Shown piece after piece: positions 1 through 8,174 of a stretch of 64,000 bases of DNA (positions within the stretch are counted from its first letter, which is position 1; the number at the start of each line of letters is the position of its first letter). Under the pieces are notes generated by a model. It was not told the DNA's origin, ran no database searches, and was given only the letters and a program-made list of their open reading frames with translations. Source of the DNA: Candidatus Falkowbacteria bacterium. Lineage in GTDB: Bacteria > Patescibacteriota > Patescibacteriia > JAACEG01. Made by a program: the position numbers and the translations under genes. The stretch spans positions 64-64,063 of the forward strand of contig JABIDK010000005.1 in NCBI GenBank assembly GCA_018651725.1, given 5' to 3'.

Positions 1-928
<928 letters not shown>

Positions 929-1197
929 AGGGAGAATATGTTGGTAAAATTATTTTATATAATTTATGCCAACCACTTCAGGTCGCCCCGCTTTAGGCGG
1001 GGAAAACAGTTTAAGGCATGTCTTTGGAGAAAAGGCAAAACATTTTAAAAGAATATTAATCTACTTATTGCTATTTAGTTGTCAAAGCATTAAACCCCGC
1101 ACTCTAGGCGGGGTTTATAGTTTGTACTTGCTTTTTAAAAAGAATTTGGTAAAATTGTATTTAGTTCGTAGTTTGTTAAAATGATTATATGATTTCC

Positions 1198-1274
<77 letters not shown>

Positions 1275-1338
1275 ATAGGCTTGTTACATAATAAGCTATT
1301 AATAAAAAAACGCACCCTACAATACAAAGGAGGATAAA

Positions 1339-1740
1339 ATGAAATGTTTAAACAGAATAAAAAGACACCTATTGTACCTCTTGGGAATTTCGTTTGAGGT
1401 GCAGGACTTTAACAGTAAAAGGAAAAATTTACTACAGGATCGCAGGATAAGCAAACATCAAAATGCCGATAAATTGCACGAATTAACAGTTGATTTTTTG
1501 ATAGAATACAAACATAAGCCACTCTTTTTCTTTAACGGTGCTGATATGATTAGCGTTTTTCTTTTCAAAATATGGGAAGGATTTGGTACTTATTATTCTA
1601 CGGATGATTTTTTTAGAAATTTAACTGTGGTTGATTTGTTTACCGCGGATAATTTTTACAGGTCTTGTAGTCATTGGCCAACATCCCTTGATAAGGAAAA
1701 AGAGTTGTTTAAAAAGGTTACAAAAAAATTAAACAATTAG
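1339..1740 (+). CDS. hypothetical protein (133 aa), located in the former 16S-23S spacer
   Basis: ORF with strong SD AAGGAGG 8 nt upstream of ATG; no recognisable motif. Confidence 0.5.
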   Translation: MKCLNRIKRHLLYLLGISFEVQDFNSKRKNLLQDRRISKHQNADKLHELTVDFLIEYKHKPLFFFNGADMISVFLFKIWEGFGTYYSTDDFFRNLTVVDLFTADNFYRSCSHWPTSLDKEKELFKKVTKKLNN

Positions 1741-1741
1741 C

Positions 1742-1810
1742 AGGAGGTAAAATGTCAAGGAAAGTTTAAGGTTGTTGATTGCGGTCAGCAACCTTTTTTA
1801 TTTTTTAAAA
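1742..1810 (+). promoter_or_regulatory. leader mini-ORF (MSRKV*) abutting an intrinsic terminator: candidate translational attenuator
   Basis: SD AGGAGG 1742-1747, ATG 1752, TAA 1767-1769, then immediately hairpin GGTTGTTGA(1770-1778)/TCAGCAACC(1785-1793) followed by TTTTTTATTTTTT. Confidence 0.55.
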
Positions 1811-1842
1811 GTTTGTTATTATTAAACTAGTAAAAAAATAAT

Positions 1843-3012
1843 ATGCCTGAAAATATTGAAAATCAAGGATTTCAACCAGATCAAACAGAGTTGAATCAAA
1901 ACGAACAAAAGGCCCGATTGATTGCTCAAGAGGGTGATTTTGATATGATTGAGAAACAGTTAAAAGAAGAAAATCTTTTTGAAGGTGAGATCGATCGTGT
2001 TAAGAAGAAATTTGAAAACGATATCGATCTTACTGATTTTCCAACAGTGAGTAAATCCGTTTGGGAGCTTTTGACAATTGAAGATTTGTATGACGAGGAA
2101 ACTGTTCAGCACTGCGTTGAAACATATAAGCTCGCAAAGGAAAAAATACAAAAGGTTTTATCGGGAAATGTAGTTCTCTCTCTTTTGATTAAAAGTGAGG
2201 GGGTTGAAATCGAAAGATTTTATTTTGCTTGCCTTACACACGATATTGGAAAAGTTGAGGTCCCTGGTTTTATCATCAGAAATAAAACAACAAAAAAAGA
2301 GTGGCAGGAAATTTTAGAGGAAATTATAGACAAAAAAGAATTTACCCCGGAGATGCTTGAGGTCTTAGATATTAACAAAAATACTTCTCCAACAAAACAA
2401 GAAGTATTAAAGAAAATCAGCGAAAAAGATTTACACGCAGAGGAGCTTGTTCCTGTTGGTAAAGCTCTTACCGACGAAGAAATAGGAGAACTTGAAAACA
2501 AATGGCACATATTTTCAAATCAATCGCTCATGAGTATTATTAATAAACATGCCGATATATCAAAAATAATACTTGAGAAAAAGGGGTTTCCAAAAGCTGC
2601 AAGTATTGCCGCGCAACATCATCATAGAAAAGACGAAGATCTCTACCCTGTTTCTGTGGATTCACTTCAGGTTAGTTCTGATATGGCTGATATTCTTCAT
2701 TTGGCTGATGTTGAGCAAGCATTGGCCAGTTCCCGATCGTACAAAAAACAATTTACTCCTCTTGAAGTTGTCAAAATTTTAGTTGACCATGCTAGTAGAG
2801 ATCAGATTGGGAAAGAAGTGGCTTATCTTTGGATTAAAGATGAGCGAGAAAAAATGGAGAAAAGAGGTGATTTTAAGGAATTAGACTTTAAACAGAGTGG
2901 TTCTCTTGAAAAAATTGATAATTTTATTTCTCAGTTTGAGATCGGAGACCACAAAGATGACCTTGAAAATTGGATCGCAAAACATAAAGCAAAGCTTGAG
3001 AATGCCGCATAG
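1843..3012 (+). CDS. HD-GYP-like metal-dependent phosphohydrolase (degenerate GYP)
   Basis: Motifs LTHDIGK and HHHRKDEDLYP, compared with HD-GYP consensus HDIGK ... HHExxDGxGYP. Confidence 0.65.
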   Translation: MPENIENQGFQPDQTELNQNEQKARLIAQEGDFDMIEKQLKEENLFEGEIDRVKKKFENDIDLTDFPTVSKSVWELLTIEDLYDEETVQHCVETYKLAKEKIQKVLSGNVVLSLLIKSEGVEIERFYFACLTHDIGKVEVPGFIIRNKTTKKEWQEILEEIIDKKEFTPEMLEVLDINKNTSPTKQEVLKKISEKDLHAEELVPVGKALTDEEIGELENKWHIFSNQSLMSIINKHADISKIILEKKGFPKAASIAAQHHHRKDEDLYPVSVDSLQVSSDMADILHLADVEQALASSRSYKKQFTPLEVVKILVDHASRDQIGKEVAYLWIKDEREKMEKRGDFKELDFKQSGSLEKIDNFISQFEIGDHKDDLENWIAKHKAKLENAA

Positions 3013-3048
3013 ATATTATACTTAAAATTTTCAAAATATAATTTTTTT

Positions 3049-3306
3049 ATGACTTTACTCGGACGAATAATTTTAGGTTTAATTGGAGCTGGGATTGGTT
3101 TTGTTTTAGTTCGATATGCTAATTGGTTTTATGCTAATTTTGGCTCAATGAACTTTGCGGAAAAATATTTTCGTATTTTTGGCGGCACCCGCTTGTTCGT
3201 AAGATTTATCGGAGTAATTATAATATTTTTATCATTCCTTTTAATAACAGGCTTATTGGGAGGTTTCACCAAAGTTGTGCTATCGCCGTTTTTAGGTGGT
3301 AGGTAG
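3049..3306 (+). CDS. small hydrophobic membrane protein (85 aa)
   Basis: Two predicted TM stretches (ILGLIGAGIGFVLV ; IGVIIIFLSFLLITGLLGG); no homology inferable. Confidence 0.4.
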   Translation: MTLLGRIILGLIGAGIGFVLVRYANWFYANFGSMNFAEKYFRIFGGTRLFVRFIGVIIIFLSFLLITGLLGGFTKVVLSPFLGGR

Positions 3307-3353
3307 ATTTAATAAAAAAATATCCATTAAGTTTAGTGGATATTTTCTATTTG

Positions 3354-3427
3354 TGGGTCTGAGCAGATTCGAACTGCTGACCTCTACGATGTCAACGTAG
3401 CGCTCTAACCAGCTGAGCTACAGACCC
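3354..3427 (-). tRNA. tRNA-Val (anticodon GAC)
   Basis: Reverse complement folds as GGGTCTG-TA-GCTCAGCTGGTTAGAGC-G-CTACG-TTGACAT-CGTAG-AGGTC-AGCAG-TTCGAAT-CTGCT-CAGACCC-A; no encoded CCA. Confidence 0.85.
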
Positions 3428-3437
3428 TATTTTGTTG

Positions 3438-3510
3438 TGCTCCCAGGTGGATTTGAACCGCCGACCCCCACGTTATAAGCGTGGTGCTCTAACCCCTGAG
3501 CTATGGGAGC
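3438..3510 (-). tRNA. tRNA with apparent UAU anticodon (tRNA-Ile decoding AUA?)
   Basis: Reverse complement: GCTCCCA-TA-GCTCAGGGGTTAGAGC-A-CCACG-CTTATAA-CGTGG-GGGTC-GGCGG-TTCAAAT-CCACC-TGGGAGC-A. Anticodon stem CCACG/CGTGG is perfect, loop CTTATAA gives anticodon positions 34-36 = TAT. One C-A mismatch in the T-stem. Confidence 0.7.
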
Positions 3511-3516
3511 ATTTTT

Positions 3517-3545
3517 TAAAACTCGCTAAAGCGAGTTTTTTTGAT
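3517..3545. terminator. bidirectional intrinsic terminator
   Basis: TTTTTTAAAACTCGC-TAAA-GCGAGTTTTTTT: stem CTCGC/GCGAG flanked by A-run and T-run; lies between the tRNA pair and the stop of the minus-strand DHH gene. Confidence 0.6.
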
Positions 3546-3575
3546 CTTTATATATTCGATTATAACATACGAAAT

Positions 3576-4712
3576 TTATTCGGCAATAGCGTTTTTTAGA
3601 ATTTCTGTGATTTCTTTTTCCGAATCAATCAGTCCTTTGTCAGGAATAGAAACTGTTGCCATTAGGTTGTCTCCGACTGGATTGTATTTTGATAAAACAG
3701 ACATTAAATCCACTTTGTTTTTGTTTTTAATGATCACCTTAACTTCTTTGTCTTTTTCTTGATAAAATAAAGCCACTAATTTAATCTTTGGCATATTAAT
3801 AATCAGCTCGTCGATAACACCAACCAAATGATTTTTGCTAGTGTTTGTTTTTGCAAAATCTTCACTGGTAACCAGGGACCAAACCAACTCTTTATTTTCA
3901 TTTTCTTTAAGACGAGCCAAAACTCGTCCCCATAGTTTTAAATTATCAACTGAATAAATTTGGTATAAATTTTTAATTATATGTTCTCGATCTGCGCCTA
4001 AGTCTATAAGACTCGCCACATCGGTTAAAGTTTTAGGCGTAACAGCAAGCGACTTAAAGCTGTTGGTACAATCAATTATTCCGGTTAAAAGTGACTCAGC
4101 TTGTTTTTCGTTTAATGTAGTCGGTGAATTTATTTCTTTAAGAAGAGAGAAAACAATTTCCGAAGTTGAGCTGGCTGTTAAATTAACCAAATTAATTTGA
4201 CCGAAACTTTCATTTCCGGGGTGATGATCAATATTAACAATGGGAGTGTTATAGAAAAAATTAGCGTTGTCTTCAAAAATCTTTCCCAAAGATTCCAAAT
4301 CCTGAGAATCTAGAACAAATATTAAATCGTATTTTATTAAAGAGCTTGAAACCTTCACATCATTTTTTTCAAAGTAACCGGTTTTTGGCTCAATTATAAT
4401 ATCGATAGAGTTTTCTTTCTGCTCATAACGCAACGAGTCTAAGTCGGTTTTGGAGGTGTTTAAATTTATTGTAAAAGTTTTTTCTTTTTTAATATTTGAG
4501 TTTATCTTTTCTATATTATCTAAAAATTGAAACTTATCTTCAGCCTGAAAATTATCACAAACCATATCTATATTTTTATCCATAGTTTTTAAAAATAAAT
4601 ACAAAGATAAGGCTGAGCCAATAGAGTCGCCGTTATAGTTTTTGCGAAAAGCAATCAAAATATTATTACTCTTCTTAATCGCAGAGAGTATTTGTTCATT
4701 AATTTCTAACAT
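3576..4712 (-). CDS. DHH-family phosphoesterase (NrnA paralogue, degenerate motif I)
   Basis: DHH motif VNIDHHPGNESFG; motif I region NYNGDSIGSAL instead of the canonical DGDALGS. Confidence 0.65.
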   Translation of the reverse strand: MLEINEQILSAIKKSNNILIAFRKNYNGDSIGSALSLYLFLKTMDKNIDMVCDNFQAEDKFQFLDNIEKINSNIKKEKTFTINLNTSKTDLDSLRYEQKENSIDIIIEPKTGYFEKNDVKVSSSLIKYDLIFVLDSQDLESLGKIFEDNANFFYNTPIVNIDHHPGNESFGQINLVNLTASSTSEIVFSLLKEINSPTTLNEKQAESLLTGIIDCTNSFKSLAVTPKTLTDVASLIDLGADREHIIKNLYQIYSVDNLKLWGRVLARLKENENKELVWSLVTSEDFAKTNTSKNHLVGVIDELIINMPKIKLVALFYQEKDKEVKVIIKNKNKVDLMSVLSKYNPVGDNLMATVSIPDKGLIDSEKEITEILKNAIAE

Positions 4713-4823
4713 AGATTATATCATCATATACAATTTAAGATAAAAGTCAAGAGATCGCGGATTTGCTTTTTGTATGTTATTTTGCTTAAATGTTTATATG
4801 CTTAAATGTTTAAATGATAAAGT

Positions 4824-5795
4824 ATGATTATTTTTCTTTATGGAGAAGATACCTTTCGCTCCAAACAAAAATTAAAGGAATTTAAAGGTAAGTTTACTCG
4901 GGATATAGACAAGTCCGAGTTGAATATCGCTACAATAAATGGCGAGCGTTTGGACGTGGAAAAATTTAAGCAGGCAATATTGACCGGCGGTTTTTTGGTT
5001 AAAAAAAGAATGGTTATTATAGAAAATTTGATTAGTAAAAATAAAGGAAAGAAAGTACTAGATGAAATAGTGGATTTAATAAAAGATAAAAATATAAATA
5101 CCGTTAATAATATTATTATTTTTTGGGAAGAAATTGGTTCAAAATCCAAAAAAGGTTGGCAAGGAAAAGTTTTGTCAGGAACACTTTTTAATTATTTGAA
5201 AACAGGAAAATACGTGTTTGAATTTTTATTACTTAATAACCCCAAGTTGGCAGAGTGGGTAAAAAGCCAATTTAAAAATAAAGACAAAGAGATTGATCCG
5301 CAAGCTGTAAATTTGCTTGTAAACTTAGTTGGCGATAACTTATGGAAAATGAACAATGAAATTAACAAATTAGCATCATATCAAGATAATATCATCAGCG
5401 TGCAGGATGTGAAAAAAATCGTTAGTGAAACATTTCAAGAAAATATCTTTGGGTTAGTTGACGCTATTGCTGAGAAAAACAAAAAGCTTTTTTTAGAACT
5501 GTTAAATAGTCATTTAAAAGAAGGAGTGGAAATAACTTATCTTTTAGCAATGCTTATTCGCCAATTTCGTTTGTTGCTTAGCGCTAAAAGTATGCTTCAG
5601 GGAAACCCCTATGCAAATTTATCAACAGAGCTGAAAGTTCCTATTTTTGTAGAGAGAAAAATAAAAAACCAATCTGCAAAATACACTCTAACTGAACTAA
5701 AAAATATCTACAAAAAACTTCTTCAAATCGATATAAAAATAAAACAGGGTTACTTTAACCCTGAGTTATTGTTTTTATATTTAGTTAAAAGCTAA
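4824..5795 (+). CDS. holA: DNA polymerase III delta subunit-like
   Basis: N-terminus MIIFLYGEDTF resembles the delta-subunit LYGEE motif; size 323 aa. Confidence 0.55.
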   Translation: MIIFLYGEDTFRSKQKLKEFKGKFTRDIDKSELNIATINGERLDVEKFKQAILTGGFLVKKRMVIIENLISKNKGKKVLDEIVDLIKDKNINTVNNIIIFWEEIGSKSKKGWQGKVLSGTLFNYLKTGKYVFEFLLLNNPKLAEWVKSQFKNKDKEIDPQAVNLLVNLVGDNLWKMNNEINKLASYQDNIISVQDVKKIVSETFQENIFGLVDAIAEKNKKLFLELLNSHLKEGVEITYLLAMLIRQFRLLLSAKSMLQGNPYANLSTELKVPIFVERKIKNQSAKYTLTELKNIYKKLLQIDIKIKQGYFNPELLFLYLVKS

Positions 5796-5799
5796 AAGT

Positions 5800-6063
5800 T
5801 TATTTAACCCCTTTATTCATCTTCTTCATTAATCGAGATTTTTTTCTAGAGGCGGTATTTTTTTTGACAATACCTTTTTGCACGGCTTTATCAAGCTTTT
5901 TGATAGTTTGTTTTACTAGCTTTTCAGTTTCTTTTGTTTTAGCTTCAATTGCTTTTCGACTCTTCTTCAAAAGAGTCTTAGCTTCTGTTTTAACCAGTTT
6001 ATTACGCAAAGCCCTTTTTTTACTTTGCCGCAAAGATTTTTTAGCTGATGTTGTTGTTGGCAT
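5800..6063 (-). CDS. rpsT: 30S ribosomal protein S20
   Basis: SAKKSLRQSKKRALRNK ... highly basic 87 aa, S20 signature. Confidence 0.9.
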   Translation of the reverse strand: MPTTTSAKKSLRQSKKRALRNKLVKTEAKTLLKKSRKAIEAKTKETEKLVKQTIKKLDKAVQKGIVKKNTASRKKSRLMKKMNKGVK

Positions 6064-6070
6064 ATTTTAT

Positions 6071-6085
6071 TAGCTTTAATAGCTT
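6071..6085 (-). promoter_or_regulatory. two AAGCTA repeats (9-nt period) immediately 5' of the rpsT start
   Basis: Minus-sense ...ATAAGCTAttaAAGCTAataaaatATG; same motif and period as at the rpmH and infC loci. Confidence 0.5.
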
Positions 6086-6233
6086 ATTTTTAAAAAATAA
6101 AAAAGGTAAAAATGGGACTTAATTACCTTGGTTATTATTAAACCATATTTTTAAAATATGTCAACCAAAAAATTCAAAAATTATAGACTTTTATTTTTTT
6201 TATGCTATAATAATATTAATTAAAAATTCCGAG

Positions 6234-7266
6234 TTAATAGAATAAATTGTGGGGCTAAAAACATTGTTTTATAGCATAATATAGATAAAAACTTAACTTA
6301 AATTATTATGCCAAATAAAAAAATGCCCTAAATGCCTAAAAACAAGGGTAAAAAAGAATGGAAAAAGAAGTGGAATTCAAACTTACAAATGTTTAAAATG
6401 TGGTTGTAAATTTCAAAACAAAAGAAGAAAAAACAATCTAAAAAAAGAATTGCTTAATCAATATATTTGGCAAAGACAAACTTACTCTGATCTTGCTAAA
6501 AAATATAATAAAAGTAAAAAATGGGTACAGCTAAAATTAGATGAAACAAAAGTTAAAAGTATTGTTAAATTAAAGCCTTGTTCGTTAACAGTTGTCGCAG
6601 ACACTACTTTCTTTTCAAGGCAAAGTGGCTTAACGGTTTTCAGAGAGCCAAACATAAAAAAGAATATTTGGTGGATTCCTGTAAGGTATGAAAAAGTGGA
6701 CATCTATAGATTAGGAAGAAAACATTTAGAACAAAATGGATTCACTGTCAAGGCTATCGTTTTAGACGGAAAAAGAGGCGTTAGACAAGCTTTTAGCGAT
6801 ATTCCCACTCAAATGTGCCACTTCCATCAAAAACAAATAATCAAAAGATATTTAACCAATAATCCAAAGCTAGAAGCCAGTAAAGAATTAAAAGAGATAG
6901 TCAGTACTTTGGCGAATACAAATGAAAAAGAATTTAAGAAACAATTGAATAATTGGTACGAAGAATGGAAAGATTTTCTAAAAGAAAAAACCATTAACCC
7001 TGAAACAGGGAAATGGTTTTATACTCACAAAAGAGTAAGATCAGCCTATCGAAGTTTAAAAACCAATTTACCGTATTTATTTACTTATCAAAAATATCCA
7101 AAGTTTAAAATACCAAATACCACTAATTCTTTAGACGGATATTTCAATATTTTAAAAAGTTTAATTAACGTTCACAGAGGGCTAAATTCAAAGAGAAGAA
7201 TGAGAATTGTAACTGAAATATTAAAAGGGAGAAATTAATTTTTAGCCCCACAATTTATTCTATTAA
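6234..7266 (+). mobile_element. IS element (~1033 bp) with perfect 28-bp terminal inverted repeats; IS1595-family-like (tentative)
   Basis: Left end TTAATAGAATAAATTGTGGGGCTAAAAA (6234-6261) is the exact reverse complement of right end TTTTTAGCCCCACAATTTATTCTATTAA (7239-7266). Single transposase ORF with N-terminal zinc ribbon. No clear target-site duplication. Confidence 0.85.
6308..7238 (+). CDS. transposase with N-terminal CxxC-x14-CxxC zinc ribbon; start ATG is +1 out of frame across an A7 run (frameshift or pseudogene)
   Basis: ATG 6308 CCA AAT then AAAAAAA. The frame entered from 6297 encodes CPKCLKTRVKKNGKRSGIQTYKCLKCGCKFQNKRRKN... continuous with the ORF-track 6450..7238 product. Deleting one A of the run restores ATG-in-frame. 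Confidence 0.7.
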
Positions 7267-7387
7267 GCCTAAATTTTATAAACCATTATATGATGATTCT
7301 TATTTATTTCCTCAGGGACATACAGATGATTATAGTGAAAAAGAAACCCTAGTTAATCCTACAGAATTAAATAGCGATTATTTTTAT

Positions 7388-8164
7388 TTGGGCGATGTTT
7401 TAAGAGATGATAAGGACAAGGCCGTTGATATTAATTATGGTTTATATAAGGAAAATATAAAAAGGGAAATTGATAAAGGAAAAGATATTTATTTTTTAGA
7501 CATAAGAGAAAAAGAAGAATTTGAGGTTGGTCATATAATTGGTTCAGAGCATAAAAAGTATGCAGATATTGAAGAAGTTGATGATTTTAGAGAAATATTT
7601 TCCTTGAATGACGATAGTTTTTTAAAATCACTTATTATTGTTTATTGTCATGATGGTAATCGGGGATTAGCTTTATCTAGAAAATTCTCAATGGAAAATA
7701 TAAAATATTTAATAGGCGGAGTAGAGGCATTGTATAATTATAATGGTATACAATATACAGGGTCTCCATTGTCTGATGCTGCTATTTTTGATAAAAAATA
7801 TCAATATAAATTTCAAGCATTAGCAAAAGAAACTTTTCAGGCAATAAAAGAAAATGAGGCATTTATTATCGACATGAGATATCCCCCTAATTATCATGAA
7901 AAGCATATTAAGGGCAGTATTTCCTTAAAGTTAAATCTGTTATCAACAGAAGAGTATAATAAAATGCTACCTATAATTATAAAAAATAAAAAAATTATAA
8001 TTATAGCTAAGAAATACAGTGAACTTTTTTACGCTAATCTTTTAATTTTAAGACTTGAGCGTGATTATGGTTTTAAAGATAATCAATTTTATATAATTTT
8101 TAATCAATTTGAAGAGTTTGGAAAAGACTCTAAAATTGAATTTGAAGGATCTTTGGTTAAGTAA
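7388..8164 (+). CDS. tandem rhodanese-domain sulfurtransferase-like protein
   Basis: Domain 1 YFLDIREKEEFEVGHIIGSEH ... IVYCHDGNRG (Cys loop); domain 2 FIIDMRYPPNYHEKHIKGSI. TTG start; frame stays open upstream into the IS right repeat. Confidence 0.7.
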   Translation: MGDVLRDDKDKAVDINYGLYKENIKREIDKGKDIYFLDIREKEEFEVGHIIGSEHKKYADIEEVDDFREIFSLNDDSFLKSLIIVYCHDGNRGLALSRKFSMENIKYLIGGVEALYNYNGIQYTGSPLSDAAIFDKKYQYKFQALAKETFQAIKENEAFIIDMRYPPNYHEKHIKGSISLKLNLLSTEEYNKMLPIIIKNKKIIIIAKKYSELFYANLLILRLERDYGFKDNQFYIIFNQFEEFGKDSKIEFEGSLVK

Positions 8165-8174
8165 AATTTTTAGT

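Noticed and set aside
1960-2510. Numerous 60-110-aa antisense ORFs nested inside longer genes (e.g. 1960-2151, 2220-2510, 4838-5149, 10327-11091, 17352-17558, 34173-34469, 46298-46510, 52204-52453)
   Set aside because: They sit opposite well-supported genes, have AT-rich low-complexity translations and no SD or start context, as expected for spurious ORFs in an AT-rich genome.
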